A stretch of DNA of 64,000 bases from Candidatus Thorarchaeota archaeon (GTDB taxonomy: Archaea > Asgardarchaeota > Thorarchaeia > Thorarchaeales > Thorarchaeaceae), in the NCBI GenBank assembly GCA_046758445.1, contig JBHIAE010000006.1, positions 38,397 through 102,396 on the forward strand. Direction: 5' to 3'. The notes under the pieces were generated by a model. The model had not been told where the DNA came from. It worked only from the letters and a program-made list of their open reading frames with translations, and made no database searches. A program made the translations under genes and the position numbers. This document shows positions 18,609 through 27,622 of this stretch, piece by piece; position 1 is the stretch's first letter, and every line of letters begins with the position of its first letter.

Positions 18609-19565
18609 TCACACCTCAGTTCTTGATACAGATTTCATTCCTTTGCGTATGAACGTTAGAGTCTTTCCTCGATAGTGTATAATGCTTTGTAATGCCTTGA
18701 AATACGGAATGTCTAGGAGCTTTGAGATGTCTTGAAGCGTGCGTTCACCATTACACATCGCCAAGAGCTCTCTGTGCTCTTTCTTGACCTTGTTAATGTC
18801 ACCTTCGAATAGAGGTAATTCCACAATCTCGATGTCCCCGGCTTCCTGTTCCTCGGGACACTCGATGGAAATGATCTGCTTCTGGACACACCATTTGATG
18901 ACCTCAAAAACCTGCTCGATTCTCCTGCCAAGACTCTCGAATATCTTGAAGGCAGTCCGCTTCTCGTTAACCATGAGTAGAACATCGATGCCTAAATTAG
19001 AGAACTTCGCCTTGAGCTCGTTGTTCAGGGTGGCATCGAGGGTCATCGCTTCATTGAACATTGCACCTTGATGTACAACGCATCCATGTCGGACCTCTAC
19101 GACCAAAGGAGGAGCCTCTACCGGTGGAGTTTCAACTGCCACCCCCGGTTCAACAGAAGGTGCTTCCAGCACTGAATCCTCCGAAACCATTCCTGTTGTC
19201 CCCGCGCTTTGGGTCACAACTGGTTCAGAAACAGGCTTGGGTGGAGGAGGCAGTACTACAGTTCCCATTAGATCGACGACTTCCTTGGTCTTCTGCAAGG
19301 CAACTCCGAGTTGGAGGTCAGGAGAAAAGAGTACAGCCAGAACCCAATTGCTATCAACTCTTGCAAGAATGACGATACCCCTATCTGTCATTACATTGAT
19401 CAGATTGAAGGATTCCCCATGGATTCTCAGAGCTCCCTGAACCATTGGTAGGACGTCATCCGGCAAGGAGAAGGACAGGAATGGCTGACCATCGTTTGTT
19501 ATGAGAGCGTATCCACTAACGGCCTCATCGAACTTCAGTTTGCTGAGGACACGCTCTAGCTCCAA
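18609..19565 (-). CDS. Roadblock/LC7-like domain + linker + tandem winged-helix protein, copy B
   Basis: Clear paralog of 15655..16647 (LER.LS.L.FD, PF.SFS.P, DLQLG.A, LPPPP, DVL..V, P.FEGD..KVK, CNG.RT). Confidence 0.8.
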   Translation of the reverse strand: MELERVLSKLKFDEAVSGYALITNDGQPFLSFSLPDDVLPMVQGALRIHGESFNLINVMTDRGIVILARVDSNWVLAVLFSPDLQLGVALQKTKEVVDLMGTVVLPPPPKPVSEPVVTQSAGTTGMVSEDSVLEAPSVEPGVAVETPPVEAPPLVVEVRHGCVVHQGAMFNEAMTLDATLNNELKAKFSNLGIDVLLMVNEKRTAFKIFESLGRRIEQVFEVIKWCVQKQIISIECPEEQEAGDIEIVELPLFEGDINKVKKEHRELLAMCNGERTLQDISKLLDIPYFKALQSIIHYRGKTLTFIRKGMKSVSRTEV

Positions 19566-19611
19566 AGTACTGACGCACCTAGACTTTCCATGAGTAGCAG
19601 TCCATCAATTA

Positions 19612-20727
19612 TCATTTGCGTCTAACAAGTCTTTCGCCGATTTCCTCAAACGAAGGTTCCGTAGAGAGATGCTCAACGACGTCAGGTAGCGACGGATGAG
19701 ATGCAGAAGCAGACGACACATATAAAGCCGCAACAGAGTTCGCCAAGGTCAGTCGGTCAGTGTCAGGAAGGTGTAGAAGAGTCCCAAGTATGTCCCCTGC
19801 ATTCCACGCATCTCCTGCTCCAAGGGCAACTCTACAGTCCGCTTGGAAGGTAGGTACGACCATGCAATCACCTTCTGCTATCGTTGCGACAAAGTATTGG
19901 GTATGCAAATCCACCCTTACACCAGTTTCCTTGGAGGTTAGCTCCGCTGCAGATAGCCAATCTTCATGTTTTGAGGACAGGGTCTTCCATCTGTCTTGTC
20001 TACCGGTCAGAGTCCATGCGAACCATCTTGCCTCATTCTCATTCAAGCTTATGATGTCAACAAGCCCGTCCGACAGCACCTGTCGTGCAAGTGGCTCAAT
20101 GATTCCTTGATTTCCCGAGGGGTCTCCAATGTCGATGAACTTCGTTGCGTGCGAAGACTCCGAAACCACCTCGAACAATTCCACAGCTAGCCTTGGTGCG
20201 TCGGCATTATGATTCAGATTCAGTAGTGCAACAAGGCTGCTCTCCTGAATTGCATTCAAATCATCACTGGTGAGATCGGAGAAAGCAAAATCAGATGCCG
20301 AACCACTGTCACTAACCATCAGGTTTACCCGTCTTCCCTCGTAGTCTGCTTCAATTGAAACTGTTGAGGAGAGCCTACCATCCTTATGGACGTGAGAGAG
20401 GTCGAGGTCCGGATGGACAAGAGTAGGTAGTATCCTAGCACCATAGTCATCGGTAGTGACAATCAGAACTGGATCCACGCCCAGTGAGAGAAGGGCGGAA
20501 GCCGTGTTTACAGCATTACCACCCCTGCGGATGAACTGTGTGTTGTCAAGGAGGTTTCCACCTCCTTGTTCAGCCAGTCTACGGAGTTCCCGGATGAAGT
20601 CTTCGAAACTGCCATTGATCACGAAATGGTCAACAAAGAAATCTGGCATAATGACGGGACGGCCTACGTCGAAAGGTTCCTGTAAGACGCCGATGAGCCG
20701 GGAGTAGTCCAGCTCGATTACCCCCAT
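19612..20727 (-). CDS. PfkB family carbohydrate kinase
   Basis: GGNAVNTA, NENEA, GAGDAWNAG. Confidence 0.9.
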   Translation of the reverse strand: MGVIELDYSRLIGVLQEPFDVGRPVIMPDFFVDHFVINGSFEDFIRELRRLAEQGGGNLLDNTQFIRRGGNAVNTASALLSLGVDPVLIVTTDDYGARILPTLVHPDLDLSHVHKDGRLSSTVSIEADYEGRRVNLMVSDSGSASDFAFSDLTSDDLNAIQESSLVALLNLNHNADAPRLAVELFEVVSESSHATKFIDIGDPSGNQGIIEPLARQVLSDGLVDIISLNENEARWFAWTLTGRQDRWKTLSSKHEDWLSAAELTSKETGVRVDLHTQYFVATIAEGDCMVVPTFQADCRVALGAGDAWNAGDILGTLLHLPDTDRLTLANSVAALYVSSASASHPSLPDVVEHLSTEPSFEEIGERLVRRK

Positions 20728-20743
20728 CCATTCTAGATGCCAA

Positions 20744-21214
20744 CTAGATCTTCTTCAGGGCCGCCTTGACCATCGCAACGATTCTGTCCTCATCGATGCC
20801 CGTCTTCTTGGCAACCTTGTCAATGTCACAATAGGCGAGGTCAGAAAGAGTTGCAATGCCTGCTGCCACGAGTCTCTTAGCTTCTGCCTTCTTCACTGCT
20901 CTCAAAGAAGACAACTCTGAAACTGCGGCCTCTGACGCGTTCGGACGCTTCTCTTTGGGAGGTCTAGGTTCAGGCTTGGGCTTGGAAGCCTCCACAGCTA
21001 GCGCCTTCATCTCCTTTACATATCGCTTCAGGGCTAGAACATTCTCCTCGTGGACTGTCTTCCGTCTTAGATCGATAATCAGCCCCATCTGGCGTGCTTC
21101 GGTGATATCTACTCCGGCCTGCCTAGCTTCCTTAATGCTGAAACCTCGACCTGGTCGAGTACGAACGCTGTTCGGTGATTTCACCTGAGGTTCTGGGAAT
21201 ACATCGAAGCTCAT
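20744..21214 (-). CDS. rpl13e: Ribosomal protein L13e fused to a helix-hairpin-helix domain
   Basis: R.GRGFS.KE...AG......G..ID.RRKT.HEENV; C-terminal LSSLRAV..AEAKRL..AGI.TL.DLA. Confidence 0.85.
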   Translation of the reverse strand: MSFDVFPEPQVKSPNSVRTRPGRGFSIKEARQAGVDITEARQMGLIIDLRRKTVHEENVLALKRYVKEMKALAVEASKPKPEPRPPKEKRPNASEAAVSELSSLRAVKKAEAKRLVAAGIATLSDLAYCDIDKVAKKTGIDEDRIVAMVKAALKKI

Positions 21215-21684
21215 TGTCACAATCACCTACTTCGGCACTCAACCCTTAGGCGCGCTTATTAGGCTTTCGAGGTGGAGATGTTCAAGAACTGATGCTTCAA
21301 TTAGGTCACTCAGAAACGCTTAGTGATGACAATTCACTTTGGCTGTATACCTTGACCGAACAATCAGGAAATAGCAAGGCCTTTCGTCAGAATCAAAACA
21401 AGCTTAACACCCAGTTCCCGTTCCTAGCTATTTAACCTCACATTGGAACCCTTCAACAGAATGGTAGCGCTTCTGCAAGAAATGGACACTTTGACCCACT
21501 TCTAGCGTACAGATTTCTCAATAGGTGGTCCCAATACTTGGAACTCCATACAATTCTGAACAACAATGAAGTCAAAGAATCCAGCCCACTATCCCGGTAG
21601 ACCTTGGTGAGCTTCTGCTCCTCGGAGCGTTGCTTGAGCACCCAAGTCCCAGTCTCCTTCTCTTTTAATTTCACTCAGGACTCA

Positions 21685-22506
21685 TCAGAAGTCCTCAAGC
21701 GAAGTCTGTTCAACAGACATGTGACTTAGCATCTTCTCGAGCTTTTGTGTTTGCCGCTCGTCTATTGTGCCCATCAGACTGAGCATCTGTAGAGCGTTGA
21801 GCGGCGCATTTCCACTGAAGTGGTTGTTGAAGTAGCCCAAGACAGATTCAGCCCGATCCATGATATTCTCGATACGTGGTTTCCATTTCTCAAGCTCATC
21901 TACAGAGTAACGATAGTTGTACCACGGTCTTGTGCCGTGACCGTGCCATCTTACGTAGGCAAAGTCTGCAGTCACACGGAGATCAATGGGAAGCTTTGGC
22001 TCATCAACGATAACATATGCAGTACCATAGTCCTCAATCAACCTATACACCGAGTTGGATAACCAGCTCTCATTGCGAAACTCGATTGCAAAGCGAAACG
22101 AAGGATCCAGCTCTGCCAAGAATGCTTCCAGATTGGCCATCTTGGAGACTTCCCATGGAGGTAGCTGAATGAGGAGTGCCGCTACTCGGTCCTCCACAGG
22201 TTTCATCAGTGTGAAGAACTGGCTCAAGACCTCTCCCCCTTCCCCCTTGAGTTCAAGACGATGGTCGTGAGTCACCTTCCGCGGGATCTTCGCTGTGAAG
22301 AACTTGTCACCTTTCAGAGTTGCGAGGTGTTTTACAAATGTGGGTCTTGGGAGTGAGTAGAACGTCGAGTTGATTTCAGCTGTCTGGAAGACTGCTAGAT
22401 ACTGTTTCAGAAGCGACTTTCTTGAGTGATAGAACACATCCAACCAGCCAGTCTTGTCAACGTAAGACCAACCACTTGTGCCAATATGCAGACCCTTTCT
22501 CATCAT
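21685..22506 (-). CDS. DUF72 (YecE-like) protein
   Basis: IGTSGWSY, EINSTFY, K.P..VTH, LIQLPP, EFR..SW, YVR.HG, YFNNH..G.AP.NA. Confidence 0.93.
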   Translation of the reverse strand: MMRKGLHIGTSGWSYVDKTGWLDVFYHSRKSLLKQYLAVFQTAEINSTFYSLPRPTFVKHLATLKGDKFFTAKIPRKVTHDHRLELKGEGGEVLSQFFTLMKPVEDRVAALLIQLPPWEVSKMANLEAFLAELDPSFRFAIEFRNESWLSNSVYRLIEDYGTAYVIVDEPKLPIDLRVTADFAYVRWHGHGTRPWYNYRYSVDELEKWKPRIENIMDRAESVLGYFNNHFSGNAPLNALQMLSLMGTIDERQTQKLEKMLSHMSVEQTSLEDF

Positions 22507-22648
22507 CTTTACATATAGACTATGACCCTTAAGGCTTCTATTTTGTGCCTTTGTTGGGACATAGAGCTGAAGCCAAACCCCATTTCACGGAACACCTTTA
22601 AGACTGGGGCCTCTGCGAAGCTTCGTGGACCGCACAGAGGTGAGAAGC

Positions 22649-23956
22649 ATGTCTGAACAGATCGAGTACGTGGAACTAAGGTTTGTGGACATCCTAGGGT
22701 GTCTGAAGGGAATGACGGTGCCCTGCCAGCCAGCTGATACTCTCAAGGACGTAGCAAAGGACCCCATCCTCGTTGAGGGCACCAGCATTGACGGCAGTTC
22801 TATTGTGGGCATGTCAGCAGTAGAGGCCTCTGACTTGCGACTAGTCCCAGACCCAAGTTCTCTGATGGAGCTCCCCTACTCGGCACAGAGGATTGCAGCC
22901 GCAATGTGCTTCGTCCGGGAAAAAGAAGAGGACTTGGGACACGCCACTTGGTATCCATTAGATTCGAGAGGTGTTCTTCACTCAGTCTGTGAAAGATACC
23001 TTACGGAAAACAAGCAGCTGAGGGTGAAAGTGGAGCCTGAGTTCCATTTCATTACAGCAGAGGGCGAACGAATTGACGGCGCTGGCTATGCAGACACGTA
23101 TCCACAGAGCCCGGGGTCAGACGTCTTACTGGAGATAGCAACAGCAATACAAAGCATGGGAATGAAACCTAGAGTATTCCATCATGAAGTCGGCGAAGCT
23201 CAGCAGGAGATTGAGATTGCCTACGACGAAGTCCGAAGAATGGCCGATTTCATCCTTGTCTTCAAGAACCTTGCGAGAACCGTTGCCAGGAGTCAGGATA
23301 TGGACGTGACATTTATGCCGAAACCCTTCGAAAGCGCCGCTGGAAACGGTCTTCATTGTCATCTACAGCTCTGGGATCGGAGCCGTAATCTCTTTGGCAA
23401 GGAAGATGGCGACCTTCTCTCTGACACAGCGCGCCACTTCATAGCAGGGATTCTTGAACATGCTCCCGCTTTGACTGCATTGGCAAACCCCACAGTGAAT
23501 TCATACAAGAGAATGGTTCCTCGCCATGAAGCGCCTGTGTATATCACCTGGGGCTTTGTGAATCGAATTGCCCTAGTCAGAATCCCTCTCCTCGAAGACT
23601 CTAACGGGGCTGCAGCCGAGTTCCGATCGCCTGATGCCATGACAAATCCATACCTCCTATTCTCAGCTATCATTGCCACAGGAATGGACGGTGTCAATCG
23701 CGGCTTGTCACCTCCGGAGCCTCATAGCGAGAATATCTTCAGCCTTACTGACAAACAGCTGAAGAAGTCTGGAATCAAGATGCTTCCCACCTCTCTGCAG
23801 GAGGCCCTTAGTCACCTCAGGAAGAACACTGTGATTCGGGACGCCATCGGATCTCCACTCCTAGACACATTCATCACTGTCAAGCAGGAAGAATGGAGAG
23901 AGTACGCCAATGAAACAGTTACTGAATGGGAATGGTGGAAGTACCATTCATTCTAG
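22649..23956 (+). CDS. glnA: Glutamine synthetase type I family protein
   Basis: F.DI.G..KG, DGSS, EPEF, HHEV..Q.EI, FMPKP..GNG.H.H, NPTVNSYKR, E.R.PD..NPYL. Confidence 0.9.
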   Translation: MSEQIEYVELRFVDILGCLKGMTVPCQPADTLKDVAKDPILVEGTSIDGSSIVGMSAVEASDLRLVPDPSSLMELPYSAQRIAAAMCFVREKEEDLGHATWYPLDSRGVLHSVCERYLTENKQLRVKVEPEFHFITAEGERIDGAGYADTYPQSPGSDVLLEIATAIQSMGMKPRVFHHEVGEAQQEIEIAYDEVRRMADFILVFKNLARTVARSQDMDVTFMPKPFESAAGNGLHCHLQLWDRSRNLFGKEDGDLLSDTARHFIAGILEHAPALTALANPTVNSYKRMVPRHEAPVYITWGFVNRIALVRIPLLEDSNGAAAEFRSPDAMTNPYLLFSAIIATGMDGVNRGLSPPEPHSENIFSLTDKQLKKSGIKMLPTSLQEALSHLRKNTVIRDAIGSPLLDTFITVKQEEWREYANETVTEWEWWKYHSF

Positions 23957-25110
23957 CCGTTTCGGAAGTAGCTAGCAAGTCTGTCAAAGGCCTCATCCAC
24001 AGCTTCAGGAGTTAGTGGTCCTATTGAAATACGAATGTGGCCCTCGCCAGAGTCTCCGAAGATGCTTCCTGGGAGCACCAACATCTTGGACTTCTTGAGA
24101 ATATCAAGAACAAGGGAGCGAGAGTCCGAACACCCCTTCACTCGTGGGAAGACGTAGAAAGTCCCTGCCGTTCGATAAGTTTCGAATGCTTCGATCTCTC
24201 GAATTCGTAGATAGGCTAGGTTTCTCAAGTGGCTCATGCGTTCGATTTCCGACTCGATCGCGTCAAGACTGTGTTTCAGGACCTCTAAAGCCAGCATCTG
24301 TCCCGCTGTGGGTGCACAGATAGTAATAGTGTCTTGTACCTTTAGGAACTCCTGCGTGAAGTCTGGCGGACCGACAACGAAGCCGACACGCCACCCGCTC
24401 ATGCCGAAGTCTTTGGAGAAGCTGCCAAGTGTTACGACCCGGTCAGCAGCATCGCCCCTTGAACGTGGGCTATAGTGAGATGTGTCGTCAAACACGAGCC
24501 TTGCATACGTTTCATCTGAGATAAGAACCAGATCTCGGTCAACACACAAGTCTACAATTGCATCGACAGTGTTTCGCTTGTACACCGCCCCTGTTGGGTT
24601 GTTTGGCGATATTAGGTATACAGCACATGTCTGCTCGTCAATGGCTGCCTCGATTGTTTCGGGTATAGGCTGGAACTCCTCGTTCACGTGCACCTCTTTC
24701 ACGTGGCCCCCTGCAAGTCGAACCCCCATTACAGAGTTGAAGTAATACGGCGTAGGCATGATGATATTCTGACCGTGTGCCAGAACGGTGAATATTGCTC
24801 CCGCAAATGCGTGGTTTGCGCCAGCTGTTATCACCACTTCGCTCTCTGGATCAGCTGGAATGCTCCAATTCTGCCGCAGGTAGATGGCAAGCTCCTCCCT
24901 CAACTCCAGGTGTCCTTGATCTGGTGTATACCTGTGTGTTGTGGGGTGGAGGAGCCGGCTCCCTAAGGCATTGAGTGCCGCTGTTGGAGGAATATGACCA
25001 GGAAGGCCCTGACCCAAGTTGAGAAAGTCTGGAGAATCAACATATCTTTGAGCCGATTCAATCAGTTTCACGATGGGCGGAGGCATGATTCCTTCAGTAC
25101 GGAACTTCAT
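23953..25110 (-). CDS. PLP-dependent aminotransferase class I/II
   Basis: NLGQG.P, PNNPTG, SDETY, SFSK.FGMSGWRVG. Confidence 0.95.
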   Translation of the reverse strand: MKFRTEGIMPPPIVKLIESAQRYVDSPDFLNLGQGLPGHIPPTAALNALGSRLLHPTTHRYTPDQGHLELREELAIYLRQNWSIPADPESEVVITAGANHAFAGAIFTVLAHGQNIIMPTPYYFNSVMGVRLAGGHVKEVHVNEEFQPIPETIEAAIDEQTCAVYLISPNNPTGAVYKRNTVDAIVDLCVDRDLVLISDETYARLVFDDTSHYSPRSRGDAADRVVTLGSFSKDFGMSGWRVGFVVGPPDFTQEFLKVQDTITICAPTAGQMLALEVLKHSLDAIESEIERMSHLRNLAYLRIREIEAFETYRTAGTFYVFPRVKGCSDSRSLVLDILKKSKMLVLPGSIFGDSGEGHIRISIGPLTPEAVDEAFDRLASYFRNG

Positions 25111-25279
25111 CTGACACACCATTCTAGTGAACTGCACTCAGCTCTCCGCTCAGCACCCGACCTGATAAAGACATATTGGCGGCCCCTCTGGGAAGCCATG
25201 TCGCCTAGCGGTGATAAAGGCCTGTCTATCTGAAGCTTAATATTGACGCAGACTCTTGGTACCGCGAGGTTCTTGGCGC

Positions 25280-26059
25280 ATGAGTGAACCGTGTGATGCA
25301 TTGGTACTGGGCGCTCCTGAGGCGCAGGTTGTCCAGACAAAGGATATTGAGATGGATAAGCCACTGCTTGTCTGTTGCTTCCCATCGGCTGGCGTGATTG
25401 GGACGATTGCGGCCAATACACTGATTGAACAATTCGACATGGATGAGATCGCTCATATCAGGTCAAGGTATATGCCGTCCGCAGCTATCTTCATGGATGG
25501 TAGACTGCGACATCCTTTCAGAATCTACGGGAAGAAGGAGAAGAACTTGCTCGTGGTTACTGCAGAACTGCCTGTTGCTGAAGATGGCCTCTATGTTGTG
25601 AGCTCAGCACTGTTGGACTGGGCTGCAGGTATTGGAGTCAAAGAAACAGTAGTTCTTGACGGAATTCCCGTTCAAGGTATACCCCATGACCGGAAGGTCC
25701 TCTATGCCGCAGAGGAAGAGAAGATTACGGAGCTAGGGAAAGACGAGAAGATGGAGATCCTGCAGAAAGGGATAATCACTGGTATTGCAGGTTCAATCCT
25801 CTCTGAAACCCTTTGTCGAGAAATGGTGGGTTTTGCACTGCTTACGCCGGCGATTCCTGTAATGCCGGACCCCGAGGGCGCAATTCAGCTGCTTGAGGCC
25901 GTTGACCGCCTCTACAAGATTGGAGTCGATGTCGATGATCTGAAGAAAAGCGCTGAACAGGTTAGACGGAAGATGGAGGAAGTGGCTCAGCAGGTAGAAG
26001 GCATAAGGCGCAAGCAGCCAAGCATATCTCAACGCGGCTATGAGCGAATGTATGCTTGA
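25280..26059 (+). CDS. Proteasome assembly chaperone (PAC2 family)
   Basis: FP..G.IG.IA, P.RIY, G.I.GI.G..L, PDP.GA. Confidence 0.88.
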   Translation: MSEPCDALVLGAPEAQVVQTKDIEMDKPLLVCCFPSAGVIGTIAANTLIEQFDMDEIAHIRSRYMPSAAIFMDGRLRHPFRIYGKKEKNLLVVTAELPVAEDGLYVVSSALLDWAAGIGVKETVVLDGIPVQGIPHDRKVLYAAEEEKITELGKDEKMEILQKGIITGIAGSILSETLCREMVGFALLTPAIPVMPDPEGAIQLLEAVDRLYKIGVDVDDLKKSAEQVRRKMEEVAQQVEGIRRKQPSISQRGYERMYA

Positions 26060-26112
26060 GCATGTGATTCTAGAAGACGTCACGTTTCAGACAGGCAGCG
26101 CCTTTGGGCGCT

Positions 26113-26670
26113 CTAGTCAGTGCACGTATCGTAGGCTTCCTTTGCGCCTAACGCGTTTCTCTCTCCAACCTTGCCAGGCCACTTCTCTTTGATTACTCCC
26201 TGAACAGTTTCAAGTTTGACGAGGCCTGTTGCCTTGGCGAAAGCACCTAGCATAGTTGTATTCACGACAGGTAGACCAGCAACGAGAAGATTATGTTTCA
26301 GGGCTATTCCTGTGCCATCATAGGTGAACACATGTCCCTGAAGGTCCAGCTCAGAGGGCTTCTTTGCGATGTTCACAATCACCTTGCCGTTCTCCTTGAG
26401 GCCTTCAGTGACATCAATTAGGTCAATGATTCCTGAATCAAGAACTGCAACAATGTCAGGTTCGTAGATCTGGCTTCGAACATTGATAGGCGAGTGGGAA
26501 ATCCTTGTGAATGCCTTTACTGGAGCTCCTCGGCGTTCTGCCCCGAAGTATGGGAATGCTTGCACACCCTCGTACCCATCGATATGGGCGGCCTTGGCTA
26601 ACAGCTCCGCAGAGGTGACCCCACCTTGTCCTCCTCTTCCGTGCCAACGTATCTCAATCATCTTGATCAT
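26113..26670 (-). CDS. porG: Pyruvate/2-oxoacid:ferredoxin oxidoreductase gamma subunit
   Basis: EIRWHGRGGQG, QAFP.FGAERRGAPV, NT.MLGA. Confidence 0.93.
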   Translation of the reverse strand: MIKMIEIRWHGRGGQGGVTSAELLAKAAHIDGYEGVQAFPYFGAERRGAPVKAFTRISHSPINVRSQIYEPDIVAVLDSGIIDLIDVTEGLKENGKVIVNIAKKPSELDLQGHVFTYDGTGIALKHNLLVAGLPVVNTTMLGAFAKATGLVKLETVQGVIKEKWPGKVGERNALGAKEAYDTCTD

Positions 26671-26796
26671 TGTGGTCACTCCGGCATAGGTGTTGCCAAG
26701 TCGACCTGTGGCGCACATCGGGGAGATAAAGGAGTTTCGCTAGGACTAAATAGCAAACAACTCCAATCTGCCGCTAATCTGAGAAGGTTTCTCGCA

Positions 26797-27603
26797 ATGG
26801 ACGAGTTCATCAAGGCAAACAAGGAGATGTGGGATGACCGCGTTGACGTCCACAGGAACAGTGAGTTCTACGATGTGAAAGGTTTCCTTCAGGGGAAACA
26901 GATGCTTGATCCGATAGAATTAGAAGAAGTTGGCGATGTGTATGGCAAGACCCTGCTGCATCTAATGTGTCACTTTGGGATAGATACGTTGTCATGGGCC
27001 AGACTTGGGGCCAAGGCAACAGAAGTGGATTTCTCTGAGAAGGCGATTAAGCTAGCAGAGGATCTCAGCAGACAGACAGGAGTGAACTCTAGGTTCATTA
27101 TATCTGACATCTACGGACTCCCAGATGTACTCGACGAGGAGTTTGACATAGTGTTCACCTCTGGAGGTGTACTGTCTTGGCTCCCCGATCTTGAGAGATG
27201 GGCAAAGGTGATCTCTCTCTATGTGAGAAGGGGCGGCTTCTTCTATATTCGTGAGTTTCATCCGTTTGCATATGTGTTCGATGACCAAGAAGGTATTCAG
27301 GAACTGAGATTCAAGTATCCATACTTTACTCCTGAGGAGCCACTGAGATTCGAGAATGGTTCCACTTATGCGGACTCTGCTAAGCTAAAGACCATGGTGA
27401 CCTATGAATGGAATCATAGCATATCGAGAATCATCAACACGCTAATAGAGTCCGTTCTTCGCATTGATTTCTTCAACGAGTTTCCTTTCACAACTTGGAA
27501 AGCGTTGCCCTTCCTCAAGAAGCGTAGCGATAGGAGGTGGGTTCTACCCGTCAATCAAGACAGCCTCCCCCTGATGTTCTCGTTGAGGGCCAGCAAACTC
27601 TAG
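26797..27603 (+). CDS. Class I SAM-dependent methyltransferase
   Basis: LLHL.CHFG.DTLSWAR.GA, VDFS, FDIVFTS.GVL.WLPD, EFHP. Confidence 0.9.
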   Translation: MDEFIKANKEMWDDRVDVHRNSEFYDVKGFLQGKQMLDPIELEEVGDVYGKTLLHLMCHFGIDTLSWARLGAKATEVDFSEKAIKLAEDLSRQTGVNSRFIISDIYGLPDVLDEEFDIVFTSGGVLSWLPDLERWAKVISLYVRRGGFFYIREFHPFAYVFDDQEGIQELRFKYPYFTPEEPLRFENGSTYADSAKLKTMVTYEWNHSISRIINTLIESVLRIDFFNEFPFTTWKALPFLKKRSDRRWVLPVNQDSLPLMFSLRASKL

Positions 27604-27622
27604 GAGATGTGGTAGGGCTCCT

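Noticed and set aside
21453-21674. 73-aa ORF in the ~450-nt gap between rpl13e and the DUF72 gene
   Set aside because: No motif, weak start, and no RNA structure recognised; cannot be supported or excluded.
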